64,000 nt of DNA from an uncultured Bacteroides sp. (GCA_900544675.1 UQVZ01000015.1:4433-68432), one strand, 5' to 3'; shown: positions 18,916 through 28,808, counted from the stretch's first letter. Program-made: numbers and translations. Notes: generated by a model not told the origin, from the sequence alone.

Positions 18916-18964
18916 CGATTTTATTTTAAACGACCAAATGCCCGATACCACAAAATAGAGAATC

Positions 18965-21514
18965 TTATCCCTCACTGATCGTATAATCGCCTGCCTTTTC
19001 GCTTATCACCTGCTGCAAGGTTTCCAGCGGAAGCACCTTGCCGTCGGTATAGGTAAGGGTCGCCACAGGAGGGTCTAGCGTGACTTGGGCTTCGACACCT
19101 GCGATGGAATTCAACGCCTTTTCCACATACGTGCGGCAATGGTTGCACATCATTCCTTCTACGTGATAAGTACGGGTCACACCTTGAGCGGCAGGTGTTT
19201 CTTTCGTTTCGGGCTGAGCATTCGCTACGGTTTCCTTGACTTCCGGAGCAGGCTCCGACACAATCTGGGCGGTTTCCGCTTCCTTCCCGATACGTTTCCG
19301 GTGCAGGCGCAAGCTATTGGTCACCACACTTACACTACTCATCGCCATAGCTGCTCCGGCTATCATCGGATTGAGCAGGAATCCGTTAATCGGATACAGG
19401 ATACCGGCGGCAATGGGCACGCCTATCAGGTTATAGATGAACGCCCAAAACAGATTCTCGCGGATGGTACGGGTGGTGAATACCGAAAGACGGATGGCGT
19501 CGCTTATCTTGCTCAGGTCGGACGAAATCAAGGTCATTTTAGCTACATCCATCGCCAAATCACTTCCTTGCCCCATCGCGATGCTGAGGTCGGCTTGTGC
19601 CAACGCCGAACTGTCGTTGATGCCGTCACCCACCATCGCCACATGCTTGCCTTCCGCCTGAAGCTGCTTGACGACCTCCGCCTTGTCTTGCGGAAGCATC
19701 TCGGCACGATACTCCCCGATACCTGCCTGGCGGGCGATGGTCTGTGCCGTCACCCGATTGTCTCCGGTCAGCATAATGACCGAAATGCCTTGGCGTTGCA
19801 GGTCCTCGATAGCGGCTTTCGAAGTCGGCTTGATGCGGTCGGCTATGGCAAATACGCCCAATGCCTCTCCGGCATCGGCAAACCAGATAACCGTCTTGGC
19901 TTCGGAAGCGAACGCCTCCGCCTGCTTTTGCAATGCCTCCGGAATGCGGATACCGTTATCTGTCAACAAACGGAGATTTCCCGCATAATACATTTTGCCG
20001 TCCACACTTCCGCGGATACCTTGCCCTGTCAGGCTTTCCACCTGACTTACCGAGGGTACGCTATCTACTGAAGGTTGGCTTTCGAAATAATGCACCACGG
20101 CACTTGCCAGCGGATGTTCGGAATGTCTCTCCAGCTCACAAAGCACGGCTTGCATACGGACATCCGCGGTATGCCATACCGCATCGGTCACTACGGGCTT
20201 GCCTTCGGTGATGGTACCTGTCTTGTCGAGCACAATGGTATCTATCTTGCGGGCTATCTCCAGGCTTTCGGCGTCTTTTATCAAAATGCCCTGTTCGGCT
20301 CCCTTACCGATACCCACCATGATAGCGGTCGGGGTAGCCAGTCCCAAGGCACAGGGACAAGCGATAATCAATACCGTCACGGCGGATAGCAGGCCGTGGG
20401 TGAAACCGTTCTCTCCGTCCAGTACCATCCAGAGGATAAAGGTCAGCAAGGCGATGCCCATAATCGTAGGCACAAAAATACCGGCTATCTTGTCGACCAG
20501 TTTCTGTACCGGAGCCTTGCTTCCCTGGGCGTCCTGAACGGCACGGATAATGTGTGCCAGCATCGTGTCGGCACCTACCTTTTCGGCACAGAAGCGGAAA
20601 CTTCCTTTCTGGTTGATGGTACCGGCATAGACCTTGTCGGCTTCCTTCTTCCACACCGGAACAGGCTCCCCGCTCAACATGCTTTCATCGACATACGAAC
20701 TTCCCTCGCTCACCTTACCGTCTACCGCAATACGCTCGCCCGGCTTCACTTCCAGGACATCGCCCGGCATCACCTGAGCGATATCCACCACCTGCATCGT
20801 ACCGTCGGCATTCACACGGGTCACGGTGCGAGGTTGCAATCCCATCAGTTTCTTGATGGAATTGGAGGTCTGCCCCTTGGCACGTTCCTCCAGAGTGCGC
20901 CCCAATAAGATAAAGGCGATGATGACGCTTGCCGCCTCGAAATAGACATGAGGCGTCACGCCACGCTCCAGCCAGAAATCGGGGAAGAACAGGTTGAACA
21001 GGCTGAACAGGTAAGCAATGCCGGTACTGTTTGCCACCAGCGTATCCATATTCGCCGAACGGTGCTTCAGTTGTTTCCAGGCATTGATGAAGAATCCTCT
21101 CCCCAACCAGAAAACCACGGGCGTGGAAAGTATCCACATAATCCAATCGGCATAGGGCATATTCATAAAGAACATGCCGATGACCGCCACGGGCAAAGCC
21201 AGGGCAATGGCGCACAAGGTGCGGAAGCGCAAATGCCTGTAGCGCTCGGTATGTGCGCTCTCCGCCACCTCCACACTGTTCTTTTCCGTATCGGTCACTA
21301 GGTCATAGCCCGCATCCTGCACGGCTTGCTTCAACCGGGCAGGCGAGCAAAGCTCCGCATCATATTCTACGGTAGCGGTAGCCGCCGCATAATTCACACT
21401 TGCCGAACATACGCCGGGCTGGCGGTTCAAGGTCTTGTCTACCCGTGCGGCACAAGCGGCACAACTCATGCCCAGCACCGGAAAGGTCTGCTTCTTGGTA
21501 TTCGGATGGTCCAT
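18965..21514 (-). CDS. copA: Copper(I)-translocating P1B-type ATPase
   Basis: N-terminal HMA (GMSCAACAARV), CPC motif (ACPCALGLATP), DKTGTITEG phosphorylation site, GDGINDS, and a second HMA at the C-terminus (GMMCNHCRTYV). Confidence 0.9.
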   Translation of the reverse strand: MDHPNTKKQTFPVLGMSCAACAARVDKTLNRQPGVCSASVNYAAATATVEYDAELCSPARLKQAVQDAGYDLVTDTEKNSVEVAESAHTERYRHLRFRTLCAIALALPVAVIGMFFMNMPYADWIMWILSTPVVFWLGRGFFINAWKQLKHRSANMDTLVANSTGIAYLFSLFNLFFPDFWLERGVTPHVYFEAASVIIAFILLGRTLEERAKGQTSNSIKKLMGLQPRTVTRVNADGTMQVVDIAQVMPGDVLEVKPGERIAVDGKVSEGSSYVDESMLSGEPVPVWKKEADKVYAGTINQKGSFRFCAEKVGADTMLAHIIRAVQDAQGSKAPVQKLVDKIAGIFVPTIMGIALLTFILWMVLDGENGFTHGLLSAVTVLIIACPCALGLATPTAIMVGIGKGAEQGILIKDAESLEIARKIDTIVLDKTGTITEGKPVVTDAVWHTADVRMQAVLCELERHSEHPLASAVVHYFESQPSVDSVPSVSQVESLTGQGIRGSVDGKMYYAGNLRLLTDNGIRIPEALQKQAEAFASEAKTVIWFADAGEALGVFAIADRIKPTSKAAIEDLQRQGISVIMLTGDNRVTAQTIARQAGIGEYRAEMLPQDKAEVVKQLQAEGKHVAMVGDGINDSSALAQADLSIAMGQGSDLAMDVAKMTLISSDLSKISDAIRLSVFTTRTIRENLFWAFIYNLIGVPIAAGILYPINGFLLNPMIAGAAMAMSSVSVVTNSLRLHRKRIGKEAETAQIVSEPAPEVKETVANAQPETKETPAAQGVTRTYHVEGMMCNHCRTYVEKALNSIAGVEAQVTLDPPVATLTYTDGKVLPLETLQQVISEKAGDYTISEG

Positions 21515-21771
21515 AACTTCTGAGTTTTTATCTGATTCGTATTTATTTTTCTTGATACAAAGTTAGCAAGCTTGCGCCATATTCCTTTATATTATTATGG
21601 ATATAATTTATATTTCAGCCTAAAACAAGAGGACGAGTCATCCCCCTTATCACGTCCTTCCATTTAACTTTGGTTTAAAATTTAAGTAAAAATAGAAAAA
21701 AAGCACACAAAATCTGACATATATTAGCAAAAATATAAAGAAGTGATGCGTGGCTTCTATGAAAATTTAAT

Positions 21772-21779
21772 TACCTTTG
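21772..21779 (+). promoter_or_regulatory. -7 box TAccTTTG for the maoC-like gene
   Basis: tacctttg sits 35 nt upstream of the ATG at 21814. Confidence 0.45.
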
Positions 21780-21813
21780 CTCATCATAACAGGATTTAAA
21801 AGATATAAGGTAT

Positions 21814-22278
21814 ATGAGTAAAGTTGTTATCAATTCGTACGAAGAATTCGAAAAATTATTAGGACAGACCATCGGTACCTCCGACTGGCTGGAAGTAACG
21901 CAAGAACGCATCAACCAGTTTGCCGATGCCACATTAGACCACCAATGGATTCATGTAGACGTGGAACGTGCCAAGGCGGAAAGCCCCTTCAAGAGCACCA
22001 TCGTACACGGATACCTGACCTTGTCATTGCTCCCGTACTTCTGGAACCAGATTATTGAAGTGAACAACCTGAAGATGATGGTGAACTACGGCATGGACAA
22101 GATGCGTTTCGGCCAAGCCGTATTATCGGGGCAACGCATCCGCCTGACGGCTGTCTTGCACTCGCTGGTCAACCTGCGCGGCACGGCAAAGGCTGAAATC
22201 AAATTCCAAATCGAAATAGAAGGACAGAAGAAAAAAGCGCTGGAAGGCATCGCTACATTCCTCTACTACTTCTGCTGA
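21814..22278 (+). CDS. MaoC-like (hot-dog fold) dehydratase
   Basis: Motif ...DHQWIHVDVERAKAESPFKSTIVHGYLTLSL... typical of the MaoC / R-specific enoyl-CoA hydratase fold. Confidence 0.75.
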   Translation: MSKVVINSYEEFEKLLGQTIGTSDWLEVTQERINQFADATLDHQWIHVDVERAKAESPFKSTIVHGYLTLSLLPYFWNQIIEVNNLKMMVNYGMDKMRFGQAVLSGQRIRLTAVLHSLVNLRGTAKAEIKFQIEIEGQKKKALEGIATFLYYFC

Positions 22279-22312
22279 TAGCGGAAAAGTCCTTTAAATA
22301 CAATCATATCAA

Positions 22313-22370
22313 AGCGCAAAGTTTCCCGGGCATGAACCCCGAGGGCTTTGCGTTTTTTTATTTACAGCAG
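22313..22370. terminator. Bidirectional rho-independent terminator (maoC-like gene and PAP2 gene converge here)
   Basis: gcgcaaag...cccggg...ctttgcg hairpin, with ttttttta on the plus side and A-rich on the minus side. Confidence 0.6.
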
Positions 22371-22385
22371 GATGGAAGGCAATCC

Positions 22386-22946
22386 TTAGAAGCGCATAGA
22401 GGCATAAAGCCCGTAACACCCTTCGCCGGCTACAGGATGAACGGCAAGCTGATGTTTCTTGGCAAACGGACGGGTGAACAGGTACGAACATCCGGCTCCG
22501 ATAGCCGCCCCCGCCAATACATCCCAAGCGTCGTGTTTCTTTCCATATACCCGGCTCCAACCCACATACGTGGAAAGGACGTATGCCGGAAGCCCCCACT
22601 TCCAGCCATAGCGGCGCTGGATAAAGGCAGCCGCTGCAAACGAGGTGGCTGTATGCATCGAGGGGAAAGAATGTCGGTCGCTATGGTCGGGGCGGTCTTT
22701 CTTGATGCTGTATTTCAAGGCATACGTGATGCCCGCCGTAGCTACGGCAGAGAACACGCCCTGTTTCAATCCCTGCCAGTCTTGTTGAATCAACACGGCG
22801 GCCAGCCCCGCCACAGGCAATACGATGGCACCCACATCGCCCGAGGTGCGTACCGCCTTGCGCGCACCGCCGATTTCCACTTGCTGGGCGGATAAAGAAA
22901 GCAGTCCGACCCACCAAGCCAAAAAGACAAGTAAAAACTTTTTCAT
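22386..22946 (-). CDS. PAP2-family phosphatase (lipid phosphate phosphatase)
   Basis: Signal/TM helix, then the KDRPDHSDRHSFPSMHT ... SRVYGKKHDAWDVLAGA PAP2 motifs. Confidence 0.75.
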   Translation of the reverse strand: MKKFLLVFLAWWVGLLSLSAQQVEIGGARKAVRTSGDVGAIVLPVAGLAAVLIQQDWQGLKQGVFSAVATAGITYALKYSIKKDRPDHSDRHSFPSMHTATSFAAAAFIQRRYGWKWGLPAYVLSTYVGWSRVYGKKHDAWDVLAGAAIGAGCSYLFTRPFAKKHQLAVHPVAGEGCYGLYASMRF

Positions 22947-22956
22947 CCGTTTCCCG

Positions 22957-23325
22957 TTATATCAATTTAGGGACAAATATCAACATCCCGACCACGACCG
23001 AAGCCATCGCCAGAAGCAGGACGGCACCTGCAGCTAAATCCTTCGTGCGCTTGATAGCCTCATCATACTCTTCCGATACGCGGTCGGCAAGGGCTTCGAG
23101 GGCGGAATTGACCGCCTCCGCCGCCAGCACCATGCCAATGCACAGGCAAACCGCTATCCATTCCGTGACAGAAATCTCCAGCAAGACACCTGCCACCAGC
23201 ACGCAAACCGTGATAAAGCAATGTATCCGCGCATTCGGCTCATGGCGCACCAGCAGGTAAATGCCGTGGAAAGCATACCTGAAGCTCTTTATCCGCTTAC
23301 GGAACGTAAACCCGTCGTTTTTCAT
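22957..23325 (-). CDS. dgkA: Diacylglycerol / undecaprenol kinase (DgkA family)
   Basis: Three TM helices and a DgkA-like sequence (...EAVNSALEALADRVS...GAVLLLAMASVVVG). I chose the ATG that overlaps the xth stop (ATGA). Confidence 0.7.
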   Translation of the reverse strand: MKNDGFTFRKRIKSFRYAFHGIYLLVRHEPNARIHCFITVCVLVAGVLLEISVTEWIAVCLCIGMVLAAEAVNSALEALADRVSEEYDEAIKRTKDLAAGAVLLLAMASVVVGMLIFVPKLI

Positions 23326-24077
23326 AACTTCACGCAAACTTCTACCGGGCAATGGTCGGAACCGAATATCTCGGTATGGATGGTCGCGCTCTCCAGCTTA
23401 TCGGCAAGGCGGGCAGAGGTCAGGAAATAATCGATGCGCCACCCCGCGTTCTTCTCGCGTGCCTTGAAGCGGTACGACCACCACGAATAAATGCCCGTCT
23501 GGTCGGGATAGAAATAGCGGAACGTGTCGATAAACCCGGCATCCAGCAATGTCTGGAACTTCTCGCGCTCCTGGTCGGTAAAGCCCGCATTCATCCGGTT
23601 GGTCTTCGGATTCTTCAGGTCTATTTCTTTATGCGCCACATTCAGGTCGCCGCACACCAGTACCGGCTTCTTGGCATCCAGTTCCAACAGGTATTGGCGG
23701 AAAGCGTCTTCCCACGTCATGCGGTAATCCAGGCGTTTCAGCCCGTCTTGCGAGTTGGGGGTATAGACCGTCACCAGATAGAAATCTTCCATCTCCAGGG
23801 TGATGACCCGCCCTTCGCGGTCGTGCTCGTCGATACCCAAACCATAGCTCACGTTCAAAGGCTGATGGCGGGTGAATATGGCTGTCCCCGAATAGCCTTT
23901 CTTCTCGGCATAGTTCCAATACGAAGTATAGCCGTCGAAAGCCAAGTCGAGTTGCCCTGCCTGCATCTTAGTCTCTTGCAGGCAGAAAAAGTCTGCGTCC
24001 AATTGCAGGAATGCTTCGCGGAATCCTTTGTCGCAACAAGCGCGAAGACCGTTTACGTTCCAAGATATGAATTTCAT
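23322..24077 (-). CDS. xth: Exodeoxyribonuclease III
   Basis: MKFISWNVNGLRA..., FCLQETK, WWSYRF, GSDHCPV motifs of Xth/APE1-family endonucleases. Confidence 0.9.
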   Translation of the reverse strand: MKFISWNVNGLRACCDKGFREAFLQLDADFFCLQETKMQAGQLDLAFDGYTSYWNYAEKKGYSGTAIFTRHQPLNVSYGLGIDEHDREGRVITLEMEDFYLVTVYTPNSQDGLKRLDYRMTWEDAFRQYLLELDAKKPVLVCGDLNVAHKEIDLKNPKTNRMNAGFTDQEREKFQTLLDAGFIDTFRYFYPDQTGIYSWWSYRFKAREKNAGWRIDYFLTSARLADKLESATIHTEIFGSDHCPVEVCVKL

Positions 24078-24078
24078 T

Positions 24079-24237
24079 GTGAGTTTTTAAGTTGGTGAGT
24101 TTTTAAGTTGGTGAGTTTTCACCACAGATTACACAGATTTATTCTTTAATTAATAGTTAATAATTAAAAAATTAATAACGGAGAGATTCTTCATTCTTCA
24201 TTCTTCATTTCCCCCGTTCTTCATTTTTAATTATATC
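24079..24237. repeat. Composite low-complexity repeat block (gagtttttaagttggt x2; caccacagattacacagattt; cattcttcattcttcatt)
   Basis: Tandem and punning repeats. The last 30 nt are read through as the C-terminal 10 codons of the OMP gene at 24205-24924. Confidence 0.6.
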
Positions 24238-24924
24238 AAACAGGTACGTCAGGCGGGCGGTGATGTACGAGTGGCCCGAACGGGAGAACGGATCTTTCTT
24301 CGAATTGCTGTAGAAGTCGGACAAACCGTAATAGTAACGTGCCTCCAGAATAAAGTTGCCGATGCCGGTACGCACCTCCATGCCTCCTCCGCCTACGATG
24401 CCGTAATCAAATTTCCGGTCTGCCATCTTGCCGTACTGCTCGTTGGGAGAACGTCCCGAAGGGTCCCAGTTTTCGCTCATGTGTTCGCTCTCGCCTATCA
24501 GGTAGGCTACTTGCGGACCCAGGTTCAGCACGAAACGTACGCCGTTGCCCTTGTCCTTGCCGAAAGCCAGATGGGCAAGCAACGGCACTTCCAGGTAATT
24601 CATCGCACGGTGATACGTATTGCCCGTACCGTCCTCGATGACTTCTTTCCACCCGCGCTGGGAGAAGTTCACTTCGCCCTGAATGCCACAAATCATGCTG
24701 AAATATTTCTCGCCGATGTAACGCACCGTCACACCGAATGCCGGACCTATCAGCTTGCTTTGCTTGAACCCCGGAGTGATGCTGATGGAGCTGAAATTGA
24801 CTCCTCCGCTCACACCCAAGGCAAGGTTATGGCGCTGGTCCTGCAACTGGGCTTGGACGGGCAAAGCGCACAACGCCAGTCCCACGACAAGGAATAGACA
24901 GAATCGTTTCATACCGTTGCTCAT
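24205..24924 (-). CDS. Outer-membrane beta-barrel protein (PorT-like)
   Basis: Signal MKRFCLFLVVGLALCALPVQAQ and a beta-strand pattern. A canonical ...ARLTYLF terminus is followed by a 10-aa extension (DIIKNEERGK) encoded by the repeat. The start overlaps the upstream stop (ATGA). Confidence 0.6.
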   Translation of the reverse strand: MSNGMKRFCLFLVVGLALCALPVQAQLQDQRHNLALGVSGGVNFSSISITPGFKQSKLIGPAFGVTVRYIGEKYFSMICGIQGEVNFSQRGWKEVIEDGTGNTYHRAMNYLEVPLLAHLAFGKDKGNGVRFVLNLGPQVAYLIGESEHMSENWDPSGRSPNEQYGKMADRKFDYGIVGGGGMEVRTGIGNFILEARYYYGLSDFYSNSKKDPFSRSGHSYITARLTYLFDIIKNEERGK

Positions 24925-26720
24925 TCGAAATCGAGTTTAATCAGTTCATAATCTTGCGAGAAATGCACAAAGAATATCTTGCGGTTGATAAAGCCGCCCC
25001 AATTGTTGACCCGCTCAAACTTGAACCCCGTCTGGATAGGAACCGCCTTCAGACGGCTCAGGTTGTCCTCCAGCTTGTTGCCGTATTGCGACAAGCCTTT
25101 CAGGAAATAATACCCGATGTCGAATCCCAACATCCCGTATTTCGGATAAATGTTCGCCATGTCCTTGCTGTACCAGTGGCGGTAGGCATGGGTGAAACGG
25201 ACCGCTGCCGGAAACAGGTTGTTGGTATAGAACGACGAGTAGAAATACGTGTCCAGCTCATAGAAGTTCGCCAGGAAATCCTGCGTATAGGTCTGCCATT
25301 CAGGGTAGCCGAACAGGTGCATGTCGAAGTGCGGATGTTCCTTGCGCACCAGGGTCAGATGGGGCACCAGCTTGGTGAGTGCCGTGCTGCGGGCGGATAT
25401 CGGGATAAAGACGTTTTCCCGAAGGGTGTCCATCGCGCCGATGACCTTGGCGGGGTCGATTTCCCCTTCCAGCCGTATCTGGCTGAAACGCATCCCCTTG
25501 TCCTTCAGTTCCGCTTTCATCCCCTTGATGAAATCGGCTTTCTCAGGGTCGGGCGTACCGTCATCGAGAAACACGACATTGCTCTTGCCGAATTTGCGGA
25601 GGAAGTGGTCGTACACCTCCGAGTACAGATACGACTGGGGCGTATTCACCTGATAAAGCAACGGGCTGTTGAACACCTGGTCTACCTTCGGAGCGAAAGG
25701 CACTACCAGACGGATGCCGTGTTGCTGCGCGAAACTTGCCAGCGGAGCGATGGAAGCCCCGTTCACCGGTCCTACAATCAGGTCCATATCCTTCATCGCG
25801 CTTTTGGCAAGCAGGCTTTCCGTTCCCGCTTTCGTGCCTTTGGTGTCGTAAGTGTAGATATCCATCGACACGCCTTGGCGTTTCAAGCTGTCGGCGGCGA
25901 TAAGGAAGCCTTCGTAAAACTCCACGATGCGGGTCTGGGGCTCACGCCGTCCGCCTTCCTCCTGCGAGAACGGCAACATCAGCGCCACCTTGATGGTATT
26001 GATGGGCTTCTTTTCCGCCTCACTTCGGTTGAAAAGTTCTTCGTTGGTCGGCTCGACGGCTGCCTGTTCCGCCTCCTTCACCTGCGCCTGCCGTTCGGAC
26101 TTCGAATAGGGAATGAACAGGAACGTCCCCCGCTTCAGCTTGCCGTTCTTCAGTTCGGGATTCGCCGCCAGCAGCTCTTCCTCGGTGATGCCGTACTCCT
26201 GGCAAATGCTGAAGATAGTTTCGCGACGTTGCACCTTGTGCATCGTTTTCCAGTCGTCCTGCTTCTCTTCTGCTACGTTCTTCTCCGTTGCAGCCGGAGC
26301 TTCTGCTACCGGTGTACTGTCTGCCGCAGGAATCACGATGACCTGTCCGATGCGGAAATTATCGGCGCTCAGCCCCGGATTGGCAGCGCAAATGGCTTGT
26401 GCCGTGATGCCGTATTTCACCGTCAGCTGATACAGTGTCTCGCCTGCCTGGATGGTGTGGTATCGGGGGCCGTGGGCGTCCGCCGCCACAGCCTGCGGAA
26501 TCTTCAATGCCTCGCCCGCACGGATAGTCCGGTCGCTCCCCGGATTCAGCCGCACGATGTCGTCGACCGACACATTATACATGCGCGAGATGGAATAAAG
26601 GCTTTGTCCTTTGGCGACGGTATGCAGAAAGAATCCCGCATTTTCCGTGGTCTGTGCCGTCAAGGTAGGCTGGGCTGTCCATAATGCAGCCGCAAAGCAA
26701 AGGATATGAATGAATTTCAT
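24921..26720 (-). CDS. Secreted protein with three LysM domains and a periplasmic amino-acid-binding (Peripla_BP_6-like) domain
   Basis: Signal MKFIHILCFAAALWTAQP. Three LysM repeats (HTVAKGQSLYSISRMYNV..., HTIQAGETLYQLTVKYGI..., HKVQRRETIFSICQEYGI...), then a ligand-binding-like fold. Start set at the internal ATG. Confidence 0.7.
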   Translation of the reverse strand: MKFIHILCFAAALWTAQPTLTAQTTENAGFFLHTVAKGQSLYSISRMYNVSVDDIVRLNPGSDRTIRAGEALKIPQAVAADAHGPRYHTIQAGETLYQLTVKYGITAQAICAANPGLSADNFRIGQVIVIPAADSTPVAEAPAATEKNVAEEKQDDWKTMHKVQRRETIFSICQEYGITEEELLAANPELKNGKLKRGTFLFIPYSKSERQAQVKEAEQAAVEPTNEELFNRSEAEKKPINTIKVALMLPFSQEEGGRREPQTRIVEFYEGFLIAADSLKRQGVSMDIYTYDTKGTKAGTESLLAKSAMKDMDLIVGPVNGASIAPLASFAQQHGIRLVVPFAPKVDQVFNSPLLYQVNTPQSYLYSEVYDHFLRKFGKSNVVFLDDGTPDPEKADFIKGMKAELKDKGMRFSQIRLEGEIDPAKVIGAMDTLRENVFIPISARSTALTKLVPHLTLVRKEHPHFDMHLFGYPEWQTYTQDFLANFYELDTYFYSSFYTNNLFPAAVRFTHAYRHWYSKDMANIYPKYGMLGFDIGYYFLKGLSQYGNKLEDNLSRLKAVPIQTGFKFERVNNWGGFINRKIFFVHFSQDYELIKLDFE

Positions 26721-26749
26721 CTTTTTTCTCTTGGTTTTGATTTGGCAGA

Positions 26750-26757
26750 CAAAAATA
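26750..26757 (-). promoter_or_regulatory. -7 box TAttTTTG for the LysM gene
   Basis: caaaaata on the plus strand, which is TATTTTTG on the minus strand, 30 nt upstream of the start at 26720. Confidence 0.4.
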
Positions 26758-27152
26758 CGTATTTTTATCGGTAGACTAATGAATATTACGAAGAAATTGC
26801 CTTCCGCATAAGAATTTTTGGGAAATGTGCGGCCTCCTCCCTCTTTTTGCCGCCCATTCTCCGCGTCTGCCTCGCATCTCTTTATCCTTCCTGCCACAAC
26901 ATTTCACAGAACTAAGAACCTGTACCGCTTTCCTCACCCGACAAAGATAAAAATTTCCTTCCGCATAGCAATGGATTTCAGACCGGCGAATGTAAAAATC
27001 CGTTAACAACCGTAGGGAAATTGCATCAACTAGTCTTTAATCAATTAAATCACAAACACTTACAAAGCACCCATTTTACCCTGAATGGGCAGTAGAAATT
27101 TAGCAAGGAGTGCCAATCATTCTTCACATCCGTGTCTCCGTATCCGTTCTTG

Positions 27153-27350
27153 CCATAACAATAACAGTATAACAGTATAACAGTATAACAGTTATCTTTT
27201 TTCATTTTCGCTTTCTGCCCAAAAAAAGAGTAGTATTTATACTATATATATATTATATATTATATAATATATATATAGAATTATATATTACACTCTTTCC
27301 ATGAGAACGCAATTTCATTTTTCATAACTGTTATACTGTTATTGTTATGG
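27153..27350. repeat. IR-bounded AT-rich element (MITE-like or cruciform): 25-bp perfect terminal inverted repeats, internal (ataacagt)n and a (TA)n tract
   Basis: Left end ccataacaataacagtataacagt[ataacagt]x2t and right end aactgttatactgttattgttatgg are reverse complements. The interior holds tatatatatattatatattatataatatatatata. Confidence 0.55.
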
Positions 27351-27581
27351 TTATTTATTGCATATAAATGCATAAGCTATTCCTTCTATTTCCGTTGGTA
27401 AGAAGATATAGCTGCGCGCGCGCACGCAAACAGATGCATTTTCCGCGCGGCAGGGGAGGAAAACATTTGGATATTTCAAAAATTTTGCTTACCTTAGTGG
27501 AGTAATTGAAACCCTCTCCTCCTCCCTTGCCGCATGCGGATGCTCCTCCCTGTATCCGGAGAAATACGGCAGGCGTTTTCC

Positions 27582-28808
27582 TTACAGTTTGCCGATGCGC
27601 GCAATGGCTTCTTCGCAATCCTCCCGCTTGCCGAAAGCCGTAAGGCGCAAATAGCCTTCGCCGCTGGGACCGAAGCCTACACCCGGTGTGCTGACGATAT
27701 CGGCGCGGTAAAGCAGCTCGTCGAAGAACTTCCAGGAAGTCATTCCTTCGGGAGCCTTCACCCACAGGTAAGGCGCGTTGACGCCTCCATACACCTGATA
27801 ACCGGCACGTGCCAGCCCCTCGCGCATGATGCGGGCGTTTTCCATATAGTAGGCGATGGTCTCCTTCACCTGGCGCTGGCCTTCGGGAGAATAGACCGCC
27901 TCGGCGCCGCGCTGGGTAATGTAACTGGTGCCGTTGAACTTGGTGCACTGGCGGCGGTTCCACAAGGGATTGAGCGGGACGCGCTTGTCGTCCAACGTCC
28001 CTGCGGTCACCTCCTTGGGCACTACGGTATAGCCGCAACGCACGCCCGTGAAGCCCGCGGTCTTCGAGAAACTGCGGATTTCGATAGCCACTTTCTTCGC
28101 GCCGCGTATCTCGTAGATGGAATGGGGCACGTCCTCATCGTGGATATAAGCCTCGTAGGCGGCATCGAAAATGATGAGTGTATCGTTTGCCAGCGCATAG
28201 TCGACCCATTGCTTCAACTGGTCGCGGGTGAGCGTGGTGCCCGTAGGGTTGTTGGGATAGCACAGGTAAAGCAGGTCGATGCGGTGGTCGGGGATGGCGG
28301 GGATGAAGCTGTTTTCGGCGGTGCAAGGCAGGTAGGTGATGTTGCTCCAGCGTCCGTCTTCGCCCAGCGTGCCAGCCCGTCCGCACATCACGTTGCTATC
28401 GATGTAGGCAGGATAAACGGGGTCGGTAATGCCCATGCTGTTGTCCCACCGCAAGAGTTCGCCGATGTTGCCCGTATCGCTCTTCGCCCCGTCGCTGATG
28501 AATACTTCCGAGGGGCTGAGCTGGATGCCGCGCGAGGCGAAGTCGTGCTTGATGATGGTTTCTATCAGGAAATCGTATCCCTGTTCGGGTCCGTATCCGT
28601 GGAAGGTTTCCGCCGATGCCATTTCGTCTACGGCACGGTGCATCGCTTCGATGGAAGCCTGTGGAAGGGGACGGGTCACGTCGCCGATGCCCAAACGGAT
28701 AATCCGTTCGTTCGGATGAGTCACCTGATAAGCTTTTACTTTTTTCGCTATATCCGAGAAGAGATAACTTCCCTTTAATTTCAAGAAATGTTCGTTGAGT
28801 AAGGCCAT
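27582..28808 (-). CDS. dapL: LL-diaminopimelate aminotransferase
   Basis: MALLNEHFLKLKGSYLFSDIAKKV...IRLGIGDVTRPLP is the DapL signature. It is a PLP aminotransferase fold and sits next to dapF. Confidence 0.9.
   Translation of the reverse strand: MALLNEHFLKLKGSYLFSDIAKKVKAYQVTHPNERIIRLGIGDVTRPLPQASIEAMHRAVDEMASAETFHGYGPEQGYDFLIETIIKHDFASRGIQLSPSEVFISDGAKSDTGNIGELLRWDNSMGITDPVYPAYIDSNVMCGRAGTLGEDGRWSNITYLPCTAENSFIPAIPDHRIDLLYLCYPNNPTGTTLTRDQLKQWVDYALANDTLIIFDAAYEAYIHDEDVPHSIYEIRGAKKVAIEIRSFSKTAGFTGVRCGYTVVPKEVTAGTLDDKRVPLNPLWNRRQCTKFNGTSYITQRGAEAVYSPEGQRQVKETIAYYMENARIMREGLARAGYQVYGGVNAPYLWVKAPEGMTSWKFFDELLYRADIVSTPGVGFGPSGEGYLRLTAFGKREDCEEAIARIGKL

Noticed and set aside
27153-27350. Possible CRISPR array or tandem-repeat locus
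   Set aside because: Repeats are 8 bp (ataacagt) or simple TA. There is no 25-40-bp repeat-spacer periodicity and no cas genes. It is better explained as an IR-bounded AT-rich element.
27534-28778. 414-aa plus-strand ORF
   Set aside because: It lies entirely antisense to the well-supported dapL gene. GC-rich codon-position bias on the opposite strand keeps this frame open. It has no start context and no motifs.
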